From assembly GCA_963793265.1 (NCBI GenBank), contig CAWBZI010000007.1, positions 160,001-224,000 of the forward strand: a stretch of 64,000 bases of DNA, in the 5' to 3' direction. The notes under the pieces were generated by a model, which saw nothing but the letters and a program-made list of their open reading frames with translations, searched no databases and had not been told where the DNA came from. How positions within the stretch are numbered: the stretch's first letter is position 1; each line of letters begins with the position of its first letter. The translations under genes were made by a program, and so were the position numbers. This stretch comes from an uncultured cyanobacterium (GTDB taxonomy: Bacteria > Cyanobacteriota > Cyanobacteriia > Phormidesmidales > Phormidesmidaceae). Of this stretch, positions 48,137 to 57,308 are shown in pieces.

Positions 48137-49191
48137 TGGCTGTCAAATCTTCTCGCACCTACCGAATCGTCGCGCTACCGGGTGAAGGCATTGGCCCTGA
48201 AGTGGTAGAAGCTTGTCTGAAAATTCTTCAAGAACTGTCAGGAACAGAGGGCTTTACGGTTGTAATAGATTACGGTTGGATTGGCGAACCGGCCCGGCAA
48301 CAGTTTGGCTCTGCCTTGCCCAAGGAGACTTTGCAGCTATGCGAAGGTGCGGACGGTATTTTGTTCGGTGCGGTTACTAAAGGAGGACTGTTAGAGCTAC
48401 GGCGACACTTTGACTTATTTACCAACCTGCGTCCGGTTCGGCCTTCATTGAGCTTGATCCATACCTCCGCTATTAAAGCCGAGCGGTTGCAAAACGTCGA
48501 TTTACTCTTTGTTCGAGAGCTAGTCAGCGGAATCTATTTTGGCGAGTCGGGGCGATCGCACAGCGAAGGATTTCACACCATGCGCTACGCCGACAGTGAA
48601 ATTCGTCGAGTTGCAAAAGTCGCTCTGGGATATGCACAGTCTCGGCGGCAACGCCTTTGTGTGGCGCACAAGGAGAACGCACTGCCTCATTTGCACTGGA
48701 CACGAATCGTAAAAGAAGAGGCGCAAGCTTTTGAAACTGTGAAGGTAGAGCCGATGCTGGTAGACAATTTGGCAATGCAGCTTGTAACGCGGCCTGCTGA
48801 CTTTGATGTTGTGCTGGCGGGGAATTTATTTGGTGATATTTTGAGTGATTTAGGAGGTGCGATCGCTGGCTCAATCGGTTTACTCGGCTCAGCTAGCCTT
48901 AACGCCGACGGGTTTGGTATGTACGAAGCTGTGCATGGTACGGCCCCTGACATTGCCGGTAAAGGCATTGCTAATCCGCTCGGAACCTTAGCAGGTGTCG
49001 TCTTGATGCTAGAGCAATGGGGTGAAATTCGAGCGGCTAAGAGGCTCGTGTCTATCCAAGAAAAGCTGCTTGCTCAGGGCTACCGAACGGCTGACTTATT
49101 TCAACCGAACGCACCGCATCATCAGCAAATGGTCACCACTGCCGAACTTGTTAATCTATTTATCACATTAATTCGGGAGCCTGACCGGTAG
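48136..49191 (+). CDS. Isocitrate/isopropylmalate dehydrogenase family protein
   Basis: LPGEGIGPEV, NLRPV, VRELVSGIYFG, NLFGDILSD, YEAVHGTAPDIAGKGIANP; start overlaps the PKS stop. Confidence 0.9.
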   Translation: MAVKSSRTYRIVALPGEGIGPEVVEACLKILQELSGTEGFTVVIDYGWIGEPARQQFGSALPKETLQLCEGADGILFGAVTKGGLLELRRHFDLFTNLRPVRPSLSLIHTSAIKAERLQNVDLLFVRELVSGIYFGESGRSHSEGFHTMRYADSEIRRVAKVALGYAQSRRQRLCVAHKENALPHLHWTRIVKEEAQAFETVKVEPMLVDNLAMQLVTRPADFDVVLAGNLFGDILSDLGGAIAGSIGLLGSASLNADGFGMYEAVHGTAPDIAGKGIANPLGTLAGVVLMLEQWGEIRAAKRLVSIQEKLLAQGYRTADLFQPNAPHHQQMVTTAELVNLFITLIREPDR

Positions 49192-49238
49192 AATGCGATC
49201 ACTTTATTCAATATGTCCTATTACTTTTTTTCCTACAA

Positions 49239-50042
49239 ATGAAAGCTCAAGAAAACACTATGATCTGCTTTAATCGATTGCTGGCAGGCAAACGCTTGAG
49301 CTATACAAAAGCGGTTTTGTTAAGTGCAATTTGTGTAAATGTGATTGCGCCCGGCGAGGCACTAGCCGAACCTTTACCCAGTGTCACCTCTACAATCGAT
49401 GCCTCAGACGGAATCGCAACAGTACAAGACGATTGGAAGAGTGAGCCTGCCGCTGAAGCTCTACAGCCCAGCAGTCAGCTTACCAGTGAGTTTATCCCTG
49501 AAGAGATTTCTCTTAGCGCTGAGAATCCTTCTGTTCTACTCACTCAGCTCGAAGATGAAACAGATGAGACGCCAAAGTTTGGCACCGCTGGTAAGCAACG
49601 ACTGTATGTACAAGGCGCAGTTGCAAGTGATTTTGATGATGAAACGCTCGGCTTGGTCGGTGTAGGCGTATCTCATTTCTTCTATGACGCGCACAGCGTT
49701 AATTTAGAGCTGAACGCGCTGGCTTTTGATCAGCCAGGAGACAATGCGCTCGGGTTAAATCTGAATCTTTTGGTGCGATCGCACTGGATTCGCGGCGAAA
49801 ACTGGTCTGTTTTCATCGATGGCGGCGCAGGCATCATCGGCACCACCAGCGACGTACCCAGCGAAGGATCAAGCTTCAACTTCACCCCCCAAGTCGGCGG
49901 CGGCGCAACCTTCCAAATCAACGATAAACAGCGGCTTATGACCGGCCTCCGCTACTACCACATCTCCAACGCCGACACCTTTGAGAGCAACCCAGGCTTG
50001 GACGCCTTGATGGGCTATGTGGGCCTCAACTTTCCGCTATAA
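49239..50042 (+). CDS. Outer-membrane beta-barrel, PagL/acyloxyacyl hydrolase-like
   Basis: Signal peptide; GSSFNFTPQVGGG; RYYHISNA...NPGLD. Confidence 0.75.
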   Translation: MKAQENTMICFNRLLAGKRLSYTKAVLLSAICVNVIAPGEALAEPLPSVTSTIDASDGIATVQDDWKSEPAAEALQPSSQLTSEFIPEEISLSAENPSVLLTQLEDETDETPKFGTAGKQRLYVQGAVASDFDDETLGLVGVGVSHFFYDAHSVNLELNALAFDQPGDNALGLNLNLLVRSHWIRGENWSVFIDGGAGIIGTTSDVPSEGSSFNFTPQVGGGATFQINDKQRLMTGLRYYHISNADTFESNPGLDALMGYVGLNFPL

Positions 50043-50147
50043 ATCTTTTCAAGGATCCGTTGGCATCTATGAGCTAGATACTCTGTTTGCAACTGTCAAT
50101 TACATTTTCAAGCAATGTAAGCAACAGTTGAAGGCATTGGTAAGCGC

Positions 50148-50885
50148 CTAACTTGCGGCTTTGGTTGCAGCGCCAATGTACATTACGCAATCGCCCTCAA
50201 AGCTCACCTGAAACTCACCGCTCTCCCAATACCGCCGTAAACTCTTCCACTTTCCTAACACACCTTTCCCGAACAGATCAAAGCCATTCACGGCAACAGT
50301 CTGCATTTTCTGTTCTTCAATCATCCCCACGAGTTCTGCGGGCTTAATGAACTTATCCCAATCGTGAACGCCGCAGGGAATTTGTCTGAGCGTATTTTCT
50401 AGTAGCCAAATCATCACCAGCTTTGACTGCCAGGTGCGGTTGATCGTATCGAAGCAAAACCAGCCGCTCGGCCCTAGCACTCGGCCAATCTCAGCAATAG
50501 TCTGCTGTGGATCTTCGACATGTTCTAAAACATCTACGCACACGACTACATCAAATGCTGCATCGTGAAAAGGTAGCTGCTCAGCATAACCCTGCTGATA
50601 GCTAATTTTAAGATTCACTTCATCCGCGTGACGACTAGCGGCTGCAATACAGGCGGCTGATTGATCGATTCCCGTTACCTGTGCGCCGCGTTCTGCTAAA
50701 AACTCACAGGTAAAGCCGCCCCCACAGCCAATGTCTAAGACGCTAAGTCCTCGCCAGTCGGTAATATACTGGTCAAAAAACTGGAACCGTAGCGGATTAA
50801 GCCGACTGAGCGGGGCGACGGTGGCGCTTTTGTTCCACCATTGAGCGGCCCACTGGTCATAATAGGAGAGGTTGTTACGCTGCAT
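50148..50885 (-). CDS. UbiG-like SAM-dependent O-methyltransferase
   Basis: LNPLRFQF, VLDIGCGGG, DVLEHV, DTINRT, HDWDKFIKP. Confidence 0.85.
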   Translation of the reverse strand: MQRNNLSYYDQWAAQWWNKSATVAPLSRLNPLRFQFFDQYITDWRGLSVLDIGCGGGFTCEFLAERGAQVTGIDQSAACIAAASRHADEVNLKISYQQGYAEQLPFHDAAFDVVVCVDVLEHVEDPQQTIAEIGRVLGPSGWFCFDTINRTWQSKLVMIWLLENTLRQIPCGVHDWDKFIKPAELVGMIEEQKMQTVAVNGFDLFGKGVLGKWKSLRRYWESGEFQVSFEGDCVMYIGAATKAAS

Positions 50886-50893
50886 GAATTAGG

Positions 50894-51664
50894 GTGATTG
50901 ATACAAAAGAGGCTAACGTTTCTATCATTATTCCGACGCTAAATGAGGGCCGCTGTTTGGCCAGGACGCTTCGTCATCTAACCATATTGGAGCCCCCTGC
51001 TAAAGAAATTATTGTTGTTGACGGTGGCAGTACGGATGATACGGTAGCGATCGCTCAAGCCGCCAAACAGTCCGCAAAACAGTCCGTCAACGCCACTATC
51101 CTCCATAGCCCCCAGCCCAACCGCGCCCTACAAATGAACTTAGGCGCTGCGCAAGCCACAGGCGATTTCCTGTGCTTTCTACACGGCGACACGCTAGTGC
51201 CTGACGATTTAGTCGCTATCATTGCCACGACCCTGTCCGATTCTAAAGTAGCAGGCGGCGGTTTTATCTCGTTGATGACAGGCAAAACAACCCGGTGGGG
51301 CACTTCGCTGCACAACAGCTTAAAGACGTACTACGCGCCATTACTCTTTCGGCCCAGACTGTTCTTCCAAAGAGGATTGAGGCTGTTGTTTGGAGATCAG
51401 GTCATCTTTTGTCGTCGGCAAAATTTTATGGACTGCGGCGGCTACGACAGCGCACTTAGCATTATGGAAGAAGCTGATTTGTGTATTAAGCTGGCGCAAA
51501 AAGGTCGCATCTGCCAGGTTAACCGCACTGTACGTTCAAGCGATCGCAGAGTTGCAAAGTGGGGGCCACTAAAAGCCAACTTCATCTATCTATCCATTGG
51601 CTTTCTATGGGGCATCGGCGTTTCATCCAACACGCTCAAACGCTTTTACGAAGAAGTCCGCTGA
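50894..51664 (+). CDS. Glycosyltransferase family 2, TIGR04283-like
   Basis: SIIIPTLNE, VVDGGSTD, RALQMNLGA, FLHGDT, FGDQ, SDRR. Confidence 0.85.
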   Translation: MIDTKEANVSIIIPTLNEGRCLARTLRHLTILEPPAKEIIVVDGGSTDDTVAIAQAAKQSAKQSVNATILHSPQPNRALQMNLGAAQATGDFLCFLHGDTLVPDDLVAIIATTLSDSKVAGGGFISLMTGKTTRWGTSLHNSLKTYYAPLLFRPRLFFQRGLRLLFGDQVIFCRRQNFMDCGGYDSALSIMEEADLCIKLAQKGRICQVNRTVRSSDRRVAKWGPLKANFIYLSIGFLWGIGVSSNTLKRFYEEVR

Positions 51665-52350
51665 TTTAAAGCCCAGCTATAGGGAAGATACGCTATCTCA
51701 ACAGTGGTTGGAATTTTAGCGTTGTCAAGATAAGACTGAATATATTGAGGAACGGAATCGGCCTGCTTGAGAAAGTCTTCTTCGTACCATTCGAAGATTT
51801 TGCTGCAATAGAGTGTTTGCCTATCAGCGTCGTAATCAACTTTTTCAGGATTGTTGATAAAACGGTGTGCGTCTTCTTCTAGCTGCTCGTTCACCTGTTC
51901 TGGAAAGTAAGCACCGCTTCTTAGCAAAGGACAGCCTGAAGAGGCACACACCAGAGCAAAGTGCATACGCGGTTCGCTATAGCGCTGCTGCAAAATATCT
52001 TTTTCAATATTGTCTAAGCTTAGCGATCGCCCATTGAGCGTATAGATCTTTCCCTTGAAAAATAACAGAAAGCTAGCCCAGTTAGGAATGCCTAAAATTT
52101 CGGGCCGAATAGAGTCAATCGGATACTTTTGCAAAACCTGTCTAATGGTCAGCGCGTTATAAAGGTTGATCAGAAAGGCGATCGCGCCATCCCGAGTCAA
52201 CTGCTCGATATCAACAGCACTCACGTCCAAAAGCCATTGCTCAAGCCGATCTATTGACGCTACCTGCCACCGCTTGTAGTCCACCGCCCCAGCACTCACG
52301 TACTCACGCAGCATTTCATCCAATGGCCTAAAATCAATTGAGCTGTCCAT
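51646..52350 (-). CDS. DUF547 domain protein
   Basis: AFLINLYNALTI, SLDNIE, EPRMHFALVCASSGCPLL, SKIFEWYEEDF, YSWALN. Confidence 0.9.
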   Translation of the reverse strand: MDSSIDFRPLDEMLREYVSAGAVDYKRWQVASIDRLEQWLLDVSAVDIEQLTRDGAIAFLINLYNALTIRQVLQKYPIDSIRPEILGIPNWASFLLFFKGKIYTLNGRSLSLDNIEKDILQQRYSEPRMHFALVCASSGCPLLRSGAYFPEQVNEQLEEDAHRFINNPEKVDYDADRQTLYCSKIFEWYEEDFLKQADSVPQYIQSYLDNAKIPTTVEIAYLPYSWALNQRTSS

Positions 52351-52382
52351 AAAACCTTCTTTATCACACCTACTTTTTAGCA

Positions 52383-52862
52383 ATGTCTTGGCTTTCTACC
52401 CCTGCCCGTTCGGTTCGATCATTAGCCTGGCAAGGGGTGAAAAGCTGGGTACGCCGTAGTTTCCCATCAGTGCCCGCAGTTTCTACCACAACCCTAGCAG
52501 GCTGGCTGCAAAAGGAAACAGTTCAGCTGCTGCTAATCGACGTGCGCGCTGAAGAAGAGTATGCGATTAGCCATTTACCCCATGCCCACCGGGCGAAAAC
52601 AGTGGCCGAAGCTGAGCGCCTTATTCAGCGTATCAACCCAGTCGGACAGACGCCAGTCGTACTCTATTGCTCGGTAGGCTATCGCTCAGCGCGGCTGGGG
52701 AAAGCGCTTCAAGCAGCGGGCTACGATGTGGCGAATTTAGAAGGATCTATTTTTCAGTGGGCCAATGAAGGACGGCAGATGGTGAGTGAGAATGGGCCGA
52801 CGCAGCAGGTGCATCCTTATAGTCAAGTTTGGGGATGGCTGCTAGCGCCACCTGAAGATTGA
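52383..52862 (+). CDS. Rhodanese-like domain protein
   Basis: IDVRAEEEYAISHLPHA, YCSVGYRS, NLEGSIFQWANEG. Confidence 0.9.
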   Translation: MSWLSTPARSVRSLAWQGVKSWVRRSFPSVPAVSTTTLAGWLQKETVQLLLIDVRAEEEYAISHLPHAHRAKTVAEAERLIQRINPVGQTPVVLYCSVGYRSARLGKALQAAGYDVANLEGSIFQWANEGRQMVSENGPTQQVHPYSQVWGWLLAPPED

Positions 52863-53551
52863 GTGCGTTTCAGCTCGTACCACAGGGGCAAATCTTCTGG
52901 ACGATCGATGTCAGAGAGGGGATTGAGTCGGGCAGTAGAAAGATTGTGGTGAGTTGCGATCGCCTCCGTTTCTGTCAGTACCCGCTCTGTGCTCCAGGGA
53001 ATATTCTCAAACAAAAATGGATAAAACTGGCTGAGCCCAATTAAATAATAGCCCCCGTCTAGCGCAGGCCCTAACGCCACATCATGCGTATCTAATAGTC
53101 TCAGCGCTGCCAAGATCTTCTGATTATCTAGCTGCGGGCAGTCGCTCCCTACAACAATAATCTTGCTCAGCCCGCCCTGAAATCCTTGCCTTAACGCTGC
53201 TACTAACCGATCTCCCAAGCTTCCTGACTGTTGTGGAATGAGAGTTTGAACGGTGGGGAACTTAGGGCTTAGCCAATCTGACATTTGTTCGGTGGTGCCG
53301 CCTGCAAAGTGGATCTGAAGGGATAGCGATCGCTCAGAAAACTGCTGAAACCGCGATAGTAAATGTTCGGTCATTTGCTGCTGCAAGTCAGCGGCTCCGC
53401 GATCGCCCAAAGCCGGGATAAGCCGCGTTTTAGTGCATCCCGGCTGAGGAAATCGGGTAAACACAAAGAGTCCGTCGCTAGCTAAAGGCTTCAAAATACT
53501 ATTATCAGACCTATCTTGTGAAATAGAAATAAGAGAAGGAGAAGCAACCAT
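52823..53551 (-). CDS. TIGR04282/DUF2064-like glycosyltransferase-fold protein
   Basis: FTRFPQPGCTKTRLIP, GSLGDRL, GSDCP, LGPALDGGYYLIGL, IPWST, DIDRPEDL. Confidence 0.88.
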   Translation of the reverse strand: MVASPSLISISQDRSDNSILKPLASDGLFVFTRFPQPGCTKTRLIPALGDRGAADLQQQMTEHLLSRFQQFSERSLSLQIHFAGGTTEQMSDWLSPKFPTVQTLIPQQSGSLGDRLVAALRQGFQGGLSKIIVVGSDCPQLDNQKILAALRLLDTHDVALGPALDGGYYLIGLSQFYPFLFENIPWSTERVLTETEAIATHHNLSTARLNPLSDIDRPEDLPLWYELKRTQSSGGASSHPQT

Positions 53552-53657
53552 AGTCTGAAAAATCTTAATTTCTCTGTACTTTGACAGAGAAAGCACGCTT
53601 AGCGGATCGCTTTAAGGAGGTAAAAACGTTACGATCCTAGAGTCGCTGGATAGTTTT

Positions 53658-54317
53658 ATGCCTCAAGTGCCCGCTGCATTAGTCAATCAAGCTGCTGTCG
53701 AAATTGAAGGCCATCAGGCCCAGCTTGTCACCTTCAACACCGTTGAAAATCACCCCCTAACCTGGCAGCAAATCGCTCAGCACCTGACCAAAGACAGCGA
53801 CTTTCGCACGCTATGGAACCACACCTGGGCGACCCTTCCCTTTGATTTTGAATGGAAGCCCGTTCCCATTCATCCTTACACCGCCCAGACGCATCCTTTT
53901 TTTGCGATCGCCTTCCCCGCCAAATTTCGCCCGGCTAATCCCAAAGACTTTCAGCACTACCTCACAGACTTAGCACCAGATGAGCTAACGGCAACGTTCG
54001 ATAATTTTTCAGGCGACGCGCAGCTACTTATTCCTGCTAATACAGGAGACTACGGCCATATTGCCGCTTTTTGTAGAACGGCTGAGCCCGAGGCTGCGCG
54101 CGCGCTTTGGCAGGAGGTAGGAAAGCTTTGCTTGGCGGCGATCGCCCAGCAAACCCCAGTCTGGTGCAACACCCACGGTCACGGCGTACCCTGGCTACAC
54201 GTTCGCTTCGATAGCCGGTTAAAGTACTCGATATTCCCACCTCGCGGCAACATCACCGCAAACTCTCAAGCCGTTTGGTACGAACAGATATACGCTCAGG
54301 TGCAGCCGGACAACTGA
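53658..54317 (+). CDS. Conserved hypothetical protein (possibly DUF6940-like)
   Basis: FDNFSGDAQLLIP, YGHIAAF, HGVPWLHVRFD. Confidence 0.6.
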   Translation: MPQVPAALVNQAAVEIEGHQAQLVTFNTVENHPLTWQQIAQHLTKDSDFRTLWNHTWATLPFDFEWKPVPIHPYTAQTHPFFAIAFPAKFRPANPKDFQHYLTDLAPDELTATFDNFSGDAQLLIPANTGDYGHIAAFCRTAEPEAARALWQEVGKLCLAAIAQQTPVWCNTHGHGVPWLHVRFDSRLKYSIFPPRGNITANSQAVWYEQIYAQVQPDN

Positions 54318-54357
54318 AGTTGGTACTATAGCCAGTAATCGTTTATGCGCCAAATCT

Positions 54358-54978
54358 ATGACGGCTGCTATTACAGACGCTATCAAGACCATAGCTGTAG
54401 CAGAACAGCGCTTTAATCTATCAAGAGCAGAGAACGAGACGTTTTTTACTGAATGGCAGACGACGCTGCCTGAGCTTAGCGAGCGCACAAAAATCCAGCT
54501 AGATGAGCTACGTCAGCGCTACCTATACCAGCGCTCATCTGGGCAGCTCTTGGAGGGAACAGTCACCTTACTTTTAGCCTCTCCGTTGCTGGCAGCAGCG
54601 GGTTTTTATGATCCGCCTTTTCTAGTCAAAGCCGAAAATTCTATTCAACTGCGAATAGAAGATAGTGAAGAAGTGCTCTGCGGACAGATAGACGTGCTGG
54701 TACTGAAAGATCGGCTGTGGGTTGTCGTATTAGAGTCTAAGAAGACGGCGCTATCAGCGTGGGCTGCACTCCCGCAAACGCTCGCCTATCTAATGGCAAA
54801 CCCTCAACCGGATCAGCCTAGCTTTGGTATGGTCACCAATGGCGACGATATCTTTTTTATCAAGCTTATGCAGCAGCCTCAGCCGCAATATGCTTTATCG
54901 CGCGTGTTCTCACCGCTTATCTCCAAGCAAGAGCTTTACAACACATTGCAAATTCTGAGGCGACTTGCGCAGGTGTAG
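54358..54978 (+). CDS. Cyanobacterial HsdR N-terminal-like PD-(D/E)xK protein
   Basis: GQIDVLVL...VVLESKK...LPQTLAYL...GMVTNG. Confidence 0.75.
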   Translation: MTAAITDAIKTIAVAEQRFNLSRAENETFFTEWQTTLPELSERTKIQLDELRQRYLYQRSSGQLLEGTVTLLLASPLLAAAGFYDPPFLVKAENSIQLRIEDSEEVLCGQIDVLVLKDRLWVVVLESKKTALSAWAALPQTLAYLMANPQPDQPSFGMVTNGDDIFFIKLMQQPQPQYALSRVFSPLISKQELYNTLQILRRLAQV

Positions 54979-54994
54979 TTTGAAGAAAGTCGCC

Positions 54995-55291
54995 TTAGTT
55001 GATTTTTAATAGCGACAACAAAGACTCTCCTGTCAACTGTTCAATTACAATGCTTTCTTTTTTAGCTTTAGACAGCCGTTTGATTCGATATTCAGCTTTA
55101 GCTGCTAAAGAGCGAATGCCGATCTCAGCCGAGTAGACCATCGTCAGCGGCCCCTTAGCTCTAAGATATTTAGCACCCTGCTTACCGCTCTCGTGCTCGG
55201 CTAGTCGCTGCAATACGTCTGTAGTAATGCCAGTATACAAGGTGTTGTAGCGGGTTCTGACAAGGTATACAAACCAGGTTGATTTACTCAT
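54995..55291 (-). CDS. GIY-YIG nuclease family protein (UPF0213)
   Basis: WFVYLV...[13 protein letters not shown]...GAKY...AEYRIKRL. Confidence 0.9.
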   Translation of the reverse strand: MSKSTWFVYLVRTRYNTLYTGITTDVLQRLAEHESGKQGAKYLRAKGPLTMVYSAEIGIRSLAAKAEYRIKRLSKAKKESIVIEQLTGESLLSLLKIN

Positions 55292-55321
55292 TGTTGCACC
55301 GTTCGTTGCACTGCGCTGTGC

Positions 55322-56227
55322 CTATGCTATCTGCTGGCTTTGCTTTTTTATGCTGCTCAGCGCACTGTACAAGTCTTGCGTGTGCGGCCAGCCGACAAAT
55401 CCTGCAAAAAGACAGTCTCCCATATAGTTTGATAAAAATACATGGTGAATGTTCATGCGGCTACGCCAGGTGCGGAGGACTAAGCTGTCGGGCAGCAGCG
55501 CCCAGACTTCAGACTTTTCAAAGCCGCGATAGTGAGCGTCTGTAATACCAGGAATGGCCTGCAACTGGCGGATGAGGCGATCGCAATAGCTCTCAACCGG
55601 CTCGGGCACACACAGGCCCCCCTCATGCTGCCAAAACTCTCGAATAATGCTAGCCACCTCAGGATGCTTCTTCATCCGATCGTGGTTGATGTGGTTCACT
55701 TCTACATAGCTCGCTCGGTGAAACCGTGTGCACTCCACCGGCACCACGCCATCGCTGCCATCGTCATAGTCACCTGCAATAATCAGCGTCGGCACCTCAG
55801 CCGCTATTCGCTCAGCTAAGGCCCGCCGGTTTGTGCCCAAATCTCTAGCAATGCCAATCCCCATCCCCAGCGGATCGACCATGCGGCTAAGGTCTGCACC
55901 CCCCACAGGAGAAGCGACTAATACCAAAGACTCCACCATTGGCCACCATTCAGGATGTCGGGTAAGCACTTCTAGCCAGATCAAACCGCCCATCGAATGC
56001 CCCACAATTCGTAGCGGCGTATCGGGCTGCTGGGCCTGGGTTTGTTGCGCGATCGCCTCTACTCGATCAATCAAAGGGGCTATCCGAATCCAGGTATTCA
56101 CAAAGCCTAAATTTGGAACAACTACCTGCGCCTGCGGGCTGGCAATTTGTTTTGCTAGCTTTCCGATGCCTGTATCGATATCGGCCCAACCGTGCTGCGC
56201 GTAGAGAATGTAGTCAGGCTCAAGCAT
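55322..56227 (-). CDS. Alpha/beta hydrolase (lipase-like)
   Basis: AQHGWAD, GHSMGG, SDGVV. Confidence 0.85.
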   Translation of the reverse strand: MLEPDYILYAQHGWADIDTGIGKLAKQIASPQAQVVVPNLGFVNTWIRIAPLIDRVEAIAQQTQAQQPDTPLRIVGHSMGGLIWLEVLTRHPEWWPMVESLVLVASPVGGADLSRMVDPLGMGIGIARDLGTNRRALAERIAAEVPTLIIAGDYDDGSDGVVPVECTRFHRASYVEVNHINHDRMKKHPEVASIIREFWQHEGGLCVPEPVESYCDRLIRQLQAIPGITDAHYRGFEKSEVWALLPDSLVLRTWRSRMNIHHVFLSNYMGDCLFAGFVGWPHTQDLYSALSSIKKQSQQIA

Positions 56228-56330
56228 AAGAATTAAGAGAGACTTTAGGAGATATTTGCGCTTACTGTAGTCAGTGATTATGCGCTGCGTCTAGTGTGGG
56301 TAGACATCTTGGCAATTGTCTTTACGGACG

Positions 56331-57233
56331 TTAGCAGAGTCGCAAAATAGCGGGCGGCTCGGCCACAACGTATAAAGTTTTCCCGGTACGTGGATGCAAA
56401 AATCGCAGGCGGTGTGCGTGCAAATGGTAGCCACAGTCACCCGGCATCGCCTTGCTACCTGCAATCGGCACACCACCAGCGGCATAGAGCGGATCGCCTA
56501 GCATGGGGAAGCCTGCCGCCGCTAAATGAATCCGAATTTGATGCGGCCTGCCGGTCAAAATAGAAACATCTACCAGGGTCGAGTCGGCATCGCGACGCAG
56601 CACCGTGCACTCACTTTTTGAAGCTAGGCCGCCTTCACAGTGGCCGTATAAGTAGCTCAGTCCTTCGTAGGGCAGCTTGCCGATGGGATAGTCGCAGGTG
56701 AAGCGATCGCTCAACTCATCCACCGAAGCAGGCCCAATCAAGGCCCGATAAACCTTGCTCAAAGACCTCACTCTAAACTGCTGCGAAAGCAGCTCTCTAG
56801 CAGTCTGAGACTTCGCCACTAAGATTGCGCCTGAGGTGCCTCGGCCTAGTCTGTGTACGGGTACGGGCGTTTCGTTTGGGTAGCGCGATCGCATCTGATG
56901 CAGCAGCGTGTGCTCTAAAAAGCCGCCGCCGGGCAGTACGGGTAGGCCAGAAGGTTTCGCGATCGCCCAAAAGTCCTCATCCTCATACAGCACCCCAAAA
57001 TCTAGCGGCACCATCGGCTCTGCCCAGGGCAGTCGGTAGTAGGAAAGCTCTCCTGTAGATAAGCGTGTTTGCGGGGTCACTGACTGGCCGTTCAGCAGAA
57101 TCTGGCCGGTTTCGATGCGCGATCGCCATTCCTCACGGGTCGAATGCTGATAGCGCGAGGTGTAATAGTCCAGCACTGTTTGACCCACCGCCGCAGGCTT
57201 CACCCGGTCAAAATACGTCCAGCCCTGGTTCAT
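56331..57233 (-). CDS. RluA family pseudouridine synthase
   Basis: KPSGLPV, VHRLGRGTSG, TGRPHQIRIHLA, GDPLY; probable start MNQGW. Confidence 0.85.
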   Translation of the reverse strand: MNQGWTYFDRVKPAAVGQTVLDYYTSRYQHSTREEWRSRIETGQILLNGQSVTPQTRLSTGELSYYRLPWAEPMVPLDFGVLYEDEDFWAIAKPSGLPVLPGGGFLEHTLLHQMRSRYPNETPVPVHRLGRGTSGAILVAKSQTARELLSQQFRVRSLSKVYRALIGPASVDELSDRFTCDYPIGKLPYEGLSYLYGHCEGGLASKSECTVLRRDADSTLVDVSILTGRPHQIRIHLAAAGFPMLGDPLYAAGGVPIAGSKAMPGDCGYHLHAHRLRFLHPRTGKTLYVVAEPPAILRLC

Positions 57234-57308
57234 CACGTGTTGTAAATCAGCCTGCACGTCTTCGTCGCCTGATAGATAATCTATCGTGAGCATACATTTT
57301 TCCAACGC

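Noticed and set aside
48136..49191. Naming the gene leuB
   Set aside because: The family is clear, but it is coupled to the PKS and shortened in the substrate loop, so housekeeping function cannot be asserted
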